The position numbers and the translations under genes are program-made. From contig CAZKBR010000001.1 in the NCBI GenBank assembly GCA_964551465.1, forward strand, positions 11,768 through 75,767: a DNA stretch of 64,000 nucleotides. The letters are read 5' to 3'. Each line of letters starts with the position of its first letter. The first letter of the stretch is position 1. A model generated the notes under the pieces. It made no database searches and was not told the DNA's origin. It saw only the letters and a program-made list of their open reading frames with translations. This document shows positions 39,947 to 50,216 of this stretch, piece by piece. Origin of the DNA: an uncultured Candidatus Bathyarchaeia archaeon. Its GTDB lineage: Archaea > Thermoproteota > Bathyarchaeia > RBG-16-48-13 > JAGMEO01.

Positions 39947-41299
39947 TTGGTAGTTATGGGTGAGTTCCCAAAGATTGCTATTTCCCCTCCTGGCCCAAAG
40001 GCTAAGGAAGTTCTCAGGCGTGATAGAACTCTAATTTCATCTTCTTTTACGCGGGTCTATCCCCTCGTAGTGGAGAGCGGGAGGGGATGCATTATCAGAG
40101 ATGTTGACGGAAACCAGTATATTGACTTTAACTCTGGAATAGGTGTAATGAACGTTGGGCATTGCCATCCCAGAGTGATTGATGCCATAAAGAAGCAGGC
40201 TGAAAAGCTGCTCCACTATTCTTACACAGACTTCTATTATGAGGTCGTGGTTGACCTTGCTAGAGTACTTAGCGAAATAACTCCAGGAAACTTTGAAAAG
40301 AAGTTCTTCTTCAGCAACAGTGGAGCAGAATCTATAGAGGCAGGGGTTAAGGTTGCAAAGTGGCATACGCGCAAACACCAGTTCTTGGCTTTCATTGGAG
40401 CCTTCCACGGAAGAACGATGGGTTCGTTGAGCTTTACCGCAAGTAAACCTAGTCACAGGAGACGCTTCTTCCCGCTCTTGCCAGGGGTCACTCACGTACC
40501 TTTTCCGTACTGCTACAGATGCCCCTTCAGGCAGACGTATCCTGAGTGTGAATATTGGTGTGTAGACTTCATCGAAGACTCTGTTCTTAAAAAGTATGTC
40601 CCTCCCGAGGAGGTATCGGCGATATTATTTGAGCCCATACAGGGGGAGGGAGGCTACATCGTTCCGCCACCCGGGTACTTCGGGCGTCTTAAGAAGCTAG
40701 CAGACAAGTACGACATTCTTCTGATAGACGATGAGGTTCAATCAGGCATGGGAAGGACAGGACGCTGGTTCGCGATCGAACATTGGGGTATAGAACCAGA
40801 TGTAGTCTGCATCGCTAAGGCCTTGGCCGCGGGGTTGCCTCTGGGCGCTACTGTTACCAAAGCGGATATCATGGACTGGGAGCCTGGCTCCCACGCCACC
40901 ACATTTGGTGGAAATCCTCTGTCATGTGCAGCTGCCCTTACCGTGATTAAGATCATAAAAGAAGAAAAGCTCCTTGAAAACGCAACTAAGCAGGGCAGTT
41001 ACGTCTTAGAAAGATTGAGAGAGATGCAGAAAAAGCATCCTTTGATCGGAGATGTGCGTGGAAAGGGATTGATGATAGGTATGGAAATCGTTAACGGTAA
41101 AGGTGGAAAAGAGCATGGTGTGAAAGAAACTCAAGAAATCTTGGTCAGGAGCTTCAAGAAGGGAGTGGCCCTTTTATCCTGCGGTTCCTCCACCGTCCGG
41201 ATTTTTCCACCTCTATCGATTACCCGAGACCTCATAGACAATGGGTTAGAGATAGTTGAGGAAGCAATCAAGGAAGTTGAAAAGGAAGAGCCTATTTAG
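39947..41299 (+). CDS. Class III PLP-dependent aminotransferase (ornithine/4-aminobutyrate-like)
   Basis: NSGAE, FHGRT, EPIQGEGG, DEVQSGxGRTG, AKALxxG, TFGGNP. Confidence 0.92.
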   Translation: MVVMGEFPKIAISPPGPKAKEVLRRDRTLISSSFTRVYPLVVESGRGCIIRDVDGNQYIDFNSGIGVMNVGHCHPRVIDAIKKQAEKLLHYSYTDFYYEVVVDLARVLSEITPGNFEKKFFFSNSGAESIEAGVKVAKWHTRKHQFLAFIGAFHGRTMGSLSFTASKPSHRRRFFPLLPGVTHVPFPYCYRCPFRQTYPECEYWCVDFIEDSVLKKYVPPEEVSAILFEPIQGEGGYIVPPPGYFGRLKKLADKYDILLIDDEVQSGMGRTGRWFAIEHWGIEPDVVCIAKALAAGLPLGATVTKADIMDWEPGSHATTFGGNPLSCAAALTVIKIIKEEKLLENATKQGSYVLERLREMQKKHPLIGDVRGKGLMIGMEIVNGKGGKEHGVKETQEILVRSFKKGVALLSCGSSTVRIFPPLSITRDLIDNGLEIVEEAIKEVEKEEPI

Positions 41300-41673
41300 T
41301 CCCTATAATCTTCTCTTGCACGCCTGCTCGCAACAATCATAAAAACTAGGAAGACAACAACGAACAGGACTATTGTAAGAAACATCATTATGAAGAGCCA
41401 ATCGGGCTCTATCTCGAACGAGCTTCCAAAGATGGAAATAAGCGGGCCGAAGAGAACCATTATGAACCATGGTCTTCCAGTTTTCCACATCGTGTACGCT
41501 GCAACAAGATCCAGAATACCAAATATGATTCCCACGAAACAGAACATGTAACTTAGGAGGGACGTATTCGGTGTCATCACCACCACCACTCCATAAATAA
41601 TGCTCAGCAAGCCAAAAACAGTTACCCCGATAACTGCGGCGACAAGCCACAGAGGACCCTTCATTTCTCTCAT
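41296..41673 (-). CDS. Hypothetical four-TM membrane protein
   Basis: Hydrophobic ORF whose start overlaps the RPA stop (ATGA coupling). Confidence 0.65.
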   Translation of the reverse strand: MREMKGPLWLVAAVIGVTVFGLLSIIYGVVVVMTPNTSLLSYMFCFVGIIFGILDLVAAYTMWKTGRPWFIMVLFGPLISIFGSSFEIEPDWLFIMMFLTIVLFVVVFLVFMIVASRRAREDYRD

Positions 41674-43274
41674 TTTTTACGCTGACCCTGTCTTTTAGAC
41701 TTCACGCCCGGCTTAGATAGAATCTTAACTCTAGTAGTAGCTCCAGAGGAAAGCTCTGGCGTTCCGTCCAAGCCTTCTTTTACATAAGCGGCTTCGACCC
41801 TTATCCTTGTTCCCTCCTGAAGGTCCCTAACGGTTTCAGCCAAGTCTCTCCAAAACGACATTTTAACTTGACCAGTTTCATCTTTTATTGAAAAAGACGC
41901 GACGTTAATTGACTGGCCTATTAACGTTGTTACGGATTTGACCGTGGGGCTTTCAGAAACCGTTCCCTCAACAGTCACGACTCCCATACCAAGTATAAGT
42001 TGGTTAATCGGCGTTTTCTCCTCTTTGACCTGGAGTAAGAGGGCTTTCTCTGGTATACTCGGGTTTACGGTCATTGTACCCCATTTCCCCAGATTTAGGC
42101 TGACACCCATAGCTCCCTCACGAGTGTATGCTCCTTCAATCAGAACCACATCTCCTACTGAAAGACCCCTCGCCGCCTCTGCCTGCCCGTTCCAAGCCAC
42201 GAGCCTAACTGAGCCGCTGCCGTCGTTCAGGATTACATCTATAACCTGACCCTTTTCACCTGAGGAGCGCTCAAACTCTCTGATTGGACCTACTTGCACA
42301 ACCTTTGATAGAACATCAACATCTGGCATGCCTGGCTTCAATTCGCTGATCTTCGTCGTCGAAATCAACGGAGCCCTGAGTTCAACTGGGACCTCAGGTG
42401 AGGCTCTGATTTCAGATTGCTCGCCAGCGTGAACCTCTATCCCTCCTCCTATGCCTCGCTTCACCCGTGCCGCCGTAACCCTTAGGAACCATCCTTTTTT
42501 TGCTTTCATAGCCTCATTAACCTTGTCACCCCAAAGAACAAGGCGCACTGTCCCGGTTTCATCAACTACTCTGACCTGCATGACCTGCCCTTCATCGCCG
42601 CTGGATCTTCTAAATGTGGTTATTGGTGAAAGCTTTGATAAGACACCAACAAGATTCACATACTTGTCTTCCTCGCTTAGCTCGCCGATTTTTTTGAAGA
42701 AGCTTTTCGCCTCTGGGTAGTTGCTGGGATCAACTGCGGGCGGAGAGACGATGACTCTTCCATTCTTGCCGACGTTAAGCTCTAGCTCGTTGTCTAATCC
42801 TCTGCGAGTGTATCCGTGCAAAAATCTTACAACCTGATTTGTGGATAGCTTGTTCTGAGAGACAGCAACCGTTCTCTCATCCCATAAGACGACGCGTATT
42901 AGCCCAGATTTGTCTGCGATGAAAAGACTGGAGACTTTGCCCTTGGACCCGTCTGACCGGGTGAAAGACCTGACTGGACGAACTGACAGAACCCGACCCG
43001 TAAGTGACACATTATCTAGGTTGGCAACTAGGTCTTTGATTATTATTCCAGTCTTAGGTTCTTCCACATCAGACAGCTTGATCCCAAGCTCCGTGGCTAC
43101 AATGTGTGCGGCTCCTTCATCAGTTAATAGCCCTCCGGTACCCTTCTTCTTACTCTGAATCATTCTCTCAACGTCTTCACGCGTAAGATCTGGGCGCGAT
43201 AAGAGAATCAGATCCAAGATTTCTCTGACCGACCACATTTCCTTGCTCAGTCCCAACCCTTTAGAAGACAACAC
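41670..43274 (-). CDS. rpa: Replication protein A (multiple OB folds)
   Basis: N-terminal GLLTDEGAAxIVAxELG; four DxS/TGxxRxxxW OB repeats. Confidence 0.88.
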   Translation of the reverse strand: MLSSKGLGLSKEMWSVREILDLILLSRPDLTREDVERMIQSKKKGTGGLLTDEGAAHIVATELGIKLSDVEEPKTGIIIKDLVANLDNVSLTGRVLSVRPVRSFTRSDGSKGKVSSLFIADKSGLIRVVLWDERTVAVSQNKLSTNQVVRFLHGYTRRGLDNELELNVGKNGRVIVSPPAVDPSNYPEAKSFFKKIGELSEEDKYVNLVGVLSKLSPITTFRRSSGDEGQVMQVRVVDETGTVRLVLWGDKVNEAMKAKKGWFLRVTAARVKRGIGGGIEVHAGEQSEIRASPEVPVELRAPLISTTKISELKPGMPDVDVLSKVVQVGPIREFERSSGEKGQVIDVILNDGSGSVRLVAWNGQAEAARGLSVGDVVLIEGAYTREGAMGVSLNLGKWGTMTVNPSIPEKALLLQVKEEKTPINQLILGMGVVTVEGTVSESPTVKSVTTLIGQSINVASFSIKDETGQVKMSFWRDLAETVRDLQEGTRIRVEAAYVKEGLDGTPELSSGATTRVKILSKPGVKSKRQGQRKK

Positions 43275-43319
43275 TTTTTAATATAAGCTGTGTTGTAAAA
43301 TAGTACTGAGTGGCTTAAA

Positions 43320-43658
43320 ATGGCGAAAAAGTTTCTCTCAAGGGAGAGGATGATCGGAAAACAAGTAATCGACTCCAAAGGAACGATTGTCGGAAACGTG
43401 AAAGATATATCCGTCAACTTGGAATCGAAGGAAATAGCCCTTTTAATAGCGGCAAGGACAGGTGCTGAGGTCGATGTCCCGAGCGACGATGTGCTTCAGG
43501 TCGGCGACGTGATACTTCTAGGCAAAGAGATCAAGCTGCCGCCACCCCCAGAGGGGGCTCCTCCTGTTTTGCCCGCAGTCCTTAAGTGTGCGAAATGTGG
43601 ACACCTAAATGCACCGGATTCAAGATTCTGCATCAAATGCGGCACAGAACTAAAGTAA
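43320..43658 (+). CDS. PRC-barrel protein with C-terminal zinc ribbon
   Basis: IGKxVIDSxGxxVGxVxD...VGDVILL; Pro-rich linker; CxxCG...FCxxCG. Confidence 0.82.
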   Translation: MAKKFLSRERMIGKQVIDSKGTIVGNVKDISVNLESKEIALLIAARTGAEVDVPSDDVLQVGDVILLGKEIKLPPPPEGAPPVLPAVLKCAKCGHLNAPDSRFCIKCGTELK

Positions 43659-43772
43659 ATCCATGTTCAATACTCTCTAAACATCAGGTCATTGTAAACA
43701 TTCTCAACACAGCACGCGACTGGAAGACGCATAAGCGAACTCAAATGAACTTCAGGGGTGGTAAGCTGTTTC

Positions 43773-46700
43773 CTACACGTACTCCATAAGCTTAACCTGC
43801 TTTGCTCTCCTTTCGAAGATGAGGTCTATCTCGTCCTGTATGAGGTCTATTCTTTGTTGAAAGTAGTCCCGGACTCCATACTTCTTGATCACTTGGTTGG
43901 ATAACTCCAAGTATTTTTCAATTCCTCCCCTATGAACAGTAAAAGTTATTTCTCCACCACAGTTCGGGCATTTCCCGGAAAGAGATACCCTTCTGATTTT
44001 CATGTTACATCTTTTGCATCGGAATTTTTGTCCTGTAAAAGCCCTCAGATTTCCTATTATATCTCGGATGAGGTGTGTTGTTAGGATTCTCTCAACTTCC
44101 TCTTTTACGTCTACCGCCCCAATTTTCTCTGCCAAGAGCAGTTGCGCCTGCACTTTATCTGTCATTGATCCTAGCACAACGTATACACTTTTGAGGTTGC
44201 CCATGCTCACATCAGTGGTGCCGTGAGTGTAACTGTATCCTTCAAACTGGGCCTTTGTTCCCAGTCTGTGAGCAACTGTGTCCACTAGATGATCAGCATC
44301 CTCGGGTTTAGCCTCCCTCAAAGAACTCTCGTAAAAATCAATTGGGTAGAAACTTGAAACGTCGATGTTACGCGCTTCGTCCACATCAAGTGGATTGACG
44401 GTAGAGATTATCAGTAGAGGAGCATCCATCATTCCACCTATTCGCGCTGGGAGATAAGCTTTTGAGAAGTTGAGGAGGACATCTAGAACAAGTATAATTG
44501 AGTCTTCGTCTCCATCACAGTCTCTTCTCTTTATGTTATGCCATAGCGGGTGTGCAAAACAAACATTCGCCTTTGTGAAGCCAATGACCCTTCCAACAAT
44601 TCCAGCAGCCGTATGAGGGGCTAGCCCAATAACCAGATGGCCAATAAGATCACTTTTTCCTTTCACATTGTAATATGGAGGTAATGCGTACATATTCTGA
44701 AGTAAGTCATCAATGAATTGTGTACCTTTTACCAGATATTCAGCACCACTCTCAGGAATCACGATGTCTTGAACCTTGAGTTCGCAAATCTGATCCTGCC
44801 TCTCAAGCGTTCTGCCGTCCAAATCGTGGACATAGCCCAACTGCCCAAGCCTTTCAACGGATACTCCTATTTCAGACGGTTTGAAATGTGTCAAAGGCGC
44901 ATTTGTGGCATCAAAGCGCACCGTGCCGTCTTTAAAAACGTAGACTTGGTGTTTCGCTCTCGCGATGCCTTTTTCCATGGGCTCTGGCATCCTAGTGCTG
45001 CTTACTAGTCCCTTCACCCCCTTTACAGGCCCGAGGAACTGACCACCAACTTTTTTGCTGGCCTCATCATAGATTTCTTTGATATCTATCTGCCGCCTCT
45101 CATAGTTGACGGCCAACGTACCGCAGACAGGACAGGTGCCCTTCTCGACGGTGCGTCCACACGTTGGACAAAAATCTTCTGGAGTCATTTCCACACCGCA
45201 TTTCGGACAAAAAGGGTTGAATGTAATAATTCCACACTTTGGACATTTTCTTCTCGCAATCTCGACTTGAATTACTTTCCTTTCTACGGCTTTCATAACA
45301 TCCCTTTGAGGACCACCAGCCAGACCCACTGGAAAGAGGACGTGAACAGGCGGCCGCATCAATCTCTTTTTTGCTTTTTCTGGCCTACCCATCCTTGCTC
45401 CTATGTATGTTCCGCCCTTCTCTTTCACCCTGATTCCAGAAAGGCTTTCGATTGTTTCTGTTATCGATCCGCTCGATTTGACTCTGAGTTTTGGTTTATC
45501 GATTTGAAGACACTCGGCAAGGGTTAGTGCTGCTTGTTCTATGATAATTTTTTGATCCGAGAGTCTGTGGGGCACGCAGATGGCTTCTAAAGTAGATTTT
45601 ACCCTGATGGACATAGGAACCTCTATTTTTTCTATAACCCCATCTCTTAGACCTCTTTCAGATTGGAGGAGAGCCTTCCTTAACTCCAATAAGTCTCTCA
45701 TGTTTATGTTCTCCCAAAAATATGTGAAGCAAGGGTGTAACGGCACACCGAATTTTTTAGAAATGACCAAGGATTCCTGTTCTGTTGGTTTCGATTCAAA
45801 TGGCTTTTCTAGAAATTGTTTGAGACGGGCGAGAGAGATCTTTGCCTCTTCGGCCGCAGCATCAACCGACCCCCCAAACTTTTCCGATGTTGCTTTTAAT
45901 AAGTCCTGCGCCCACCACTCCTCGCAGTAGCCTGGGGGAACCAGCGGTGTATTGTTTTCCAGAAACTCCCCAAAGCCTATGAGTAGGTCTCCTAGAAAGA
46001 GGATTTTCTCTATATGCGTTCGTATTCTTTTAGCCGCCAATAGAGACTCTACCCTGACAACGGATCCGTCTTCAAGCTTCACGACTGGGGGTTCAATTGA
46101 GTCGACGGGAACGACTATTCCCGCCTTTCCAGGCCCTTCAATTCGTATCTGAGTACCTATCGCAAGGAAGTCTTTCAAAACGGACATTGTGGCGGGATGG
46201 ATCCCAAGAGCTGCTAAACCAGTATTTCTTGCTCTGCCGTATCTAAGTCTGAAACCCCCTTTTCTTGATGGAAATGAGAATATAGGGCGTCCCGCGATTA
46301 TGTCCTCCATGTATAAGAACTCTTTTTTCCCCGTTTTCTCCTCCTTAACCCTTCTCACATCCTTTAACCAATCCCATCCATCTATCCCATTTTCCGTCAC
46401 TATTTTCCAAACCTTATGAGACCTACCTATAACTCCATCATTCATCACGCGGAGAGCCCCACCTCTAACACTGTTTGTCTCGATTCTTGGAAGATTTCTA
46501 AAAGACGAGACCTCAACTGGGTCTGTTGCTACTCCGGTTACCTCGACAGGAATGTTGCTTACGGCCCTCTCAAGCTCTTCATCAGATACGTGGTATTGAA
46601 AGCGGGAAACTTCTCTTTCGTAAATACGGGCCTCCTCAACAAACCGTTTAACTTCATCATAAGTTGGTTTGTACTTGTCTAAGCCAAGTCGACGGCGGAC

Positions 46701-47189
46701 AAAGTCGCCTATTACGAGCGTCAGAGCCTGCTCTGTTCCTCCAGCTGAGCGTATTGGACCGGCAAAGTAGATGGCGAGGTAGCGGCTGCGATCCATATTC
46801 TGCTTAATCGTGACCGCTGAAATGCCTTGGATGGGAGCTGCTGTTATGCCCCCTGTTAATATAGCTAAAGATGTTTTGACCGCTTGCTCAGCAGCCTGCT
46901 GTTCATCCAGATGTCCAAACCCTGCATGAACAATTTCTTCAGCTATCTTGAACGCGATTTTTTCACGGCTTATTTGTTTGTTCAAGTCACGAATCCTATC
47001 AGCGACGCCACGAGGCCCTACTAATCCTTCAACCGTTTCAGCAAAGTCTTTTACGACTTGAGGCTCTGGTTCAAGTGAAGGATCTAGACCTTTCGCTCTA
47101 GCTCCTCTGGCGACACCATAAAGAGTTTGCAGCCCTCTTTCTAAGTCTTGCAGGTATTGTCTGTATTCCTCCGTTGCAACTAACTGCAA
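43773..47189 (-). CDS. polC: DNA polymerase D large subunit DP2
   Basis: YFAGPIRSAGGT, RLRYGRxRxxG, RMGRPEK, RRDCDGDED catalytic motif; C-terminal PIP-like QVKLMEY; no intein. Confidence 0.98.
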   Translation of the reverse strand: MQLVATEEYRQYLQDLERGLQTLYGVARGARAKGLDPSLEPEPQVVKDFAETVEGLVGPRGVADRIRDLNKQISREKIAFKIAEEIVHAGFGHLDEQQAAEQAVKTSLAILTGGITAAPIQGISAVTIKQNMDRSRYLAIYFAGPIRSAGGTEQALTLVIGDFVRRRLGLDKYKPTYDEVKRFVEEARIYEREVSRFQYHVSDEELERAVSNIPVEVTGVATDPVEVSSFRNLPRIETNSVRGGALRVMNDGVIGRSHKVWKIVTENGIDGWDWLKDVRRVKEEKTGKKEFLYMEDIIAGRPIFSFPSRKGGFRLRYGRARNTGLAALGIHPATMSVLKDFLAIGTQIRIEGPGKAGIVVPVDSIEPPVVKLEDGSVVRVESLLAAKRIRTHIEKILFLGDLLIGFGEFLENNTPLVPPGYCEEWWAQDLLKATSEKFGGSVDAAAEEAKISLARLKQFLEKPFESKPTEQESLVISKKFGVPLHPCFTYFWENINMRDLLELRKALLQSERGLRDGVIEKIEVPMSIRVKSTLEAICVPHRLSDQKIIIEQAALTLAECLQIDKPKLRVKSSGSITETIESLSGIRVKEKGGTYIGARMGRPEKAKKRLMRPPVHVLFPVGLAGGPQRDVMKAVERKVIQVEIARRKCPKCGIITFNPFCPKCGVEMTPEDFCPTCGRTVEKGTCPVCGTLAVNYERRQIDIKEIYDEASKKVGGQFLGPVKGVKGLVSSTRMPEPMEKGIARAKHQVYVFKDGTVRFDATNAPLTHFKPSEIGVSVERLGQLGYVHDLDGRTLERQDQICELKVQDIVIPESGAEYLVKGTQFIDDLLQNMYALPPYYNVKGKSDLIGHLVIGLAPHTAAGIVGRVIGFTKANVCFAHPLWHNIKRRDCDGDEDSIILVLDVLLNFSKAYLPARIGGMMDAPLLIISTVNPLDVDEARNIDVSSFYPIDFYESSLREAKPEDADHLVDTVAHRLGTKAQFEGYSYTHGTTDVSMGNLKSVYVVLGSMTDKVQAQLLLAEKIGAVDVKEEVERILTTHLIRDIIGNLRAFTGQKFRCKRCNMKIRRVSLSGKCPNCGGEITFTVHRGGIEKYLELSNQVIKKYGVRDYFQQRIDLIQDEIDLIFERRAKQVKLMEYV

Positions 47190-47279
47190 AACTCTCCCCC
47201 ATACTTAGCGATCAGAAGTAAGAGTCGAAGCGGAATATTCTTTCATCTTATTAACAATTGCACCCATCTTTCGAGAAGA

Positions 47280-48047
47280 CTAGGTTATTACCCTTGCTTT
47301 TGAAGCAAGCCTTATGCTCTGCACCAACTCGTTAATCCTCTCTCTAGTTTTGGATACTACTTCAACCACCGTGCCTGTGACTACGGCGTCTGCACCCGCC
47401 TTCACAATTCTGCTTGCATCCTCGCCGGTTTTTATTCCTCCACCAACGATTAGTGGGATGTCAATAAGTTTTCTAACCTTTGATATCATCTCTGGTGGCA
47501 CAGGCTTCTCGGCCCCGGAGCCCGCTTCCAAATACACAAAACGCATCCCAAGGTACTGAGCAGCCAAGGCGTAAATGGCTGCAACATCAGGCATATTATA
47601 GGGTATCGGGTTTGCCTGACCTATTAAACCAGCGGTCCCACCTCCATCGACAATTATGTATCCCATGGGGATAGGCTCCAACCCGTACCGTTTGACGAGG
47701 GTGGCACCTAATGCTTGAGCCCCTACAATGAAGTATGGATCCCTGGAGTTCAGAAGAGACATAAACCATAAAGCATCTGCATGCGGGCATATACCGGTTA
47801 CATTGCCTGGAAAAAGTATTATTGGAATTTTGATGTTTTCGCCAACTTCTTTAACAACATTATCAAGTTCGGGGGAGGAGATTGCTGTAGATCCTCCGAC
47901 CATGATTGCGGTTGTTCCGGCCGCCTCAGCCTCCTTAGCGGTTTTAAAAGCAGCCTGTGGAGTAAACTTCTCCGGGTCCAAAAGCGTTAGGTGTATCGCC
48001 CCATCTCTGCTTATCCTATCGAGGAGGTATCTTTCTATTTTTTTCAT
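47280..48047 (-). CDS. Geranylgeranylglyceryl phosphate synthase
   Basis: LLDPE, MVGGS, FPG, SLLNS, YLEAGSG, VGGGI. Confidence 0.94.
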   Translation of the reverse strand: MKKIERYLLDRISRDGAIHLTLLDPEKFTPQAAFKTAKEAEAAGTTAIMVGGSTAISSPELDNVVKEVGENIKIPIILFPGNVTGICPHADALWFMSLLNSRDPYFIVGAQALGATLVKRYGLEPIPMGYIIVDGGGTAGLIGQANPIPYNMPDVAAIYALAAQYLGMRFVYLEAGSGAEKPVPPEMISKVRKLIDIPLIVGGGIKTGEDASRIVKAGADAVVTGTVVEVVSKTRERINELVQSIRLASKARVIT

Positions 48048-48066
48048 TTCGCCACCACTTCAAACT

Positions 48067-48315
48067 CTATGCTGATCCCTTATAGAAGTGGTCCGTGAAT
48101 TTACAATATATGTCGACTGGTTCAGAATGTGGCGCAATCGTGAACTCTTCCTTTAGTCCACAATCACCACATTGAACCAAAGCCTTTGCTTTCTCCTTCA
48201 TCATTTCGATCCTAACGGACTTTTTCCCACACTTTGGGCATAAAAAGAATTTAGGCAGCGTTATCTTTATAGGCGCTACAACCCTTCTTCGACGCCTGCC
48301 CAAGTCCATCTCCAC
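48067..48315 (-). CDS. elf1: Transcription elongation factor Elf1
   Basis: GRRRR...LPKxFxCPxCG...CGxCG...DxYxxFxD. Confidence 0.88.
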   Translation of the reverse strand: MEMDLGRRRRRVVAPIKITLPKFFLCPKCGKKSVRIEMMKEKAKALVQCGDCGLKEEFTIAPHSEPVDIYCKFTDHFYKGSA

Positions 48316-49130
48316 ACTGATGTTTAAGCATCTGTAACCTTATTAGCCTTTCAGAAGTCTATTGGATGTTTTCTTGCGTTGACGAACATTTAAACGCCAA
48401 AGTGACCGCCACGTTGATAACGCCATAGTATCAAGCCGTTATTTTCATCTTTTGTTAGCAAGTACTTCTATTGATGGAATGGATTATTTGAAAAGCTAAA
48501 ATAGAAGATAAGGAGGGTTAAAGGAACAGATACAGGAATAGGAATATTTCTATTGCTCTTTTTTGGAATTCTTAAATCGCGCGTGCGAAAAATGAATTTT
48601 GTTTCGGAATTAATAATTCAATTTATCAATTTTATGTTTCGTTATATTTTTATCCGCCAATTAGAAAATTATTAAATTTATTTTGTTAAAAAAATCATTG
48701 CATTGGAGATTTATTTTCAAATTTAGGAGAGCTTTAGTTTACAAGGTCTATTTGGGCATTTTTTATTCCTCTTAAAAATGTAAGATAGAATAAAATGATA
48801 CGTTTAATTTTATGCCGGGGAAAAATGTTGGTTATGTTCTTTTTCTCATTTAAAGATGTTAAAAGAGTTCTTTTTATTGCGTGCTTTTGTAACTTTCAAG
48901 ACACACCCCAAATCACTGCGATTGAGCTCAGACAAGCTACTTTACGTCCTGATGACAGGAAAGTCCGATATGCTGGACGCAAGCTTATCGAATTTCTTCA
49001 GGATCTCTGATAGAGAGGGTGAGCGTCGCTCATCAGCCAACCTGAACAATGAGTTTATATGTTTTGGTGGGTTCTGTGTTATCTTGTATACAAAATTGTA
49101 TCCAAACAAGATTTAGTTGATGTGATATTT

Positions 49131-49634
49131 ATGAAGATGAAAAATGAGGTTGAAAAATGGCTAAAAAAGACCCTAGAGGATCCTTTGATGAAAATATTGG
49201 CAGAGAGGAGCCATTTGACAAAAACACAGTTAGAAACGCTTCTAATCGATGTTTTAGTTGAGGAGATGGCTGGAAAGGATGTGAGGTATGAGCTAAAGTC
49301 GAAGATGCGGCCGACGCAGGGGGGAGTGAGCAGAGGGGCATTTAACAGGACCCTGAGTCAGGCCAGGAGGAACGTGATTCGCTCCATGTACACAATTTTT
49401 TTACTCGGATACGTTGGGATTTTGGAGACAACTCGGTTGAGTTCGTATCTTGAGATGTCGAATCGATTGGAGTCCTATATGGAAGCTTATCAAAAGCTAT
49501 GGAAAGATTCGGAAGAGGGCGTACCTGATGAAGAGTCGTTAATGCTCATCGCCAAGATGAGGGAAGAGTTGAAGTCTTCCCTAGAAGAGCTATCGCGACC
49601 GAAGGCCTTATCGAAAAAAGAGACCTCAGCGTAG
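49131..49634 (+). CDS. Hypothetical protein with HTH-like segment
   Basis: SHLTxxQLE...GVSRGAFNRTLSQARRNV resembles a recognition helix; GC content clearly higher than the AT-rich flanks. Confidence 0.75.
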   Translation: MKMKNEVEKWLKKTLEDPLMKILAERSHLTKTQLETLLIDVLVEEMAGKDVRYELKSKMRPTQGGVSRGAFNRTLSQARRNVIRSMYTIFLLGYVGILETTRLSSYLEMSNRLESYMEAYQKLWKDSEEGVPDEESLMLIAKMREELKSSLEELSRPKALSKKETSA

Positions 49635-50216
49635 TTGCAAGATGCTTTCTTGACATAATTGACCATTCCAATGCTACAAAGAATGGTAGAAAACATAACA
49701 GGAATTTGCCCCATATCAGAAAAACGCATTTTTCTTTTTGCTTTAGATTAAAATTTCACTTTATTGATAGAAATTTCGTTACGAATAGTAATTAACCCGT
49801 CCTACATCTTTTAAAAGATTTTTATTAAATGAAATGGCATGCTCGTAAAGGCACTACACTGCAAGTTATCCCAAATATTTCTAAACAACTTCAACAAAAC
49901 AATCGGAAAAAGTTAATTAAATTTCAGTCATCATTAATTTCTTTTTGTTGTTTTGAATTTATTTGATCCAGCAATAAATTATTTTTTATCTGCTCATAGA
50001 AATAAGAATATTTGAAATTATTCTTATATTTCTCAGGAAATTCTCGAAATTGTGGTTCCACAAAAAGTAATTTAGATCATATTAGTTGATTTATTTTCCG
50101 ATCCCTATTTTGGAAATTAGGAACGATTTTTTGTTTATTTGCAAGAAAATAAATATTGAATACAGAATCTCGCGCGAGTTGAAATTTTAAATAGTGGCTT
50201 ATTTTAAGTTATACTC

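Noticed and set aside
48949..49010. Possible C/D box sRNA (CTGATGA...CTGA)
   Set aside because: The internal D'/C' boxes are poor and the guide lengths (about 9 and 29 nt) do not fit.
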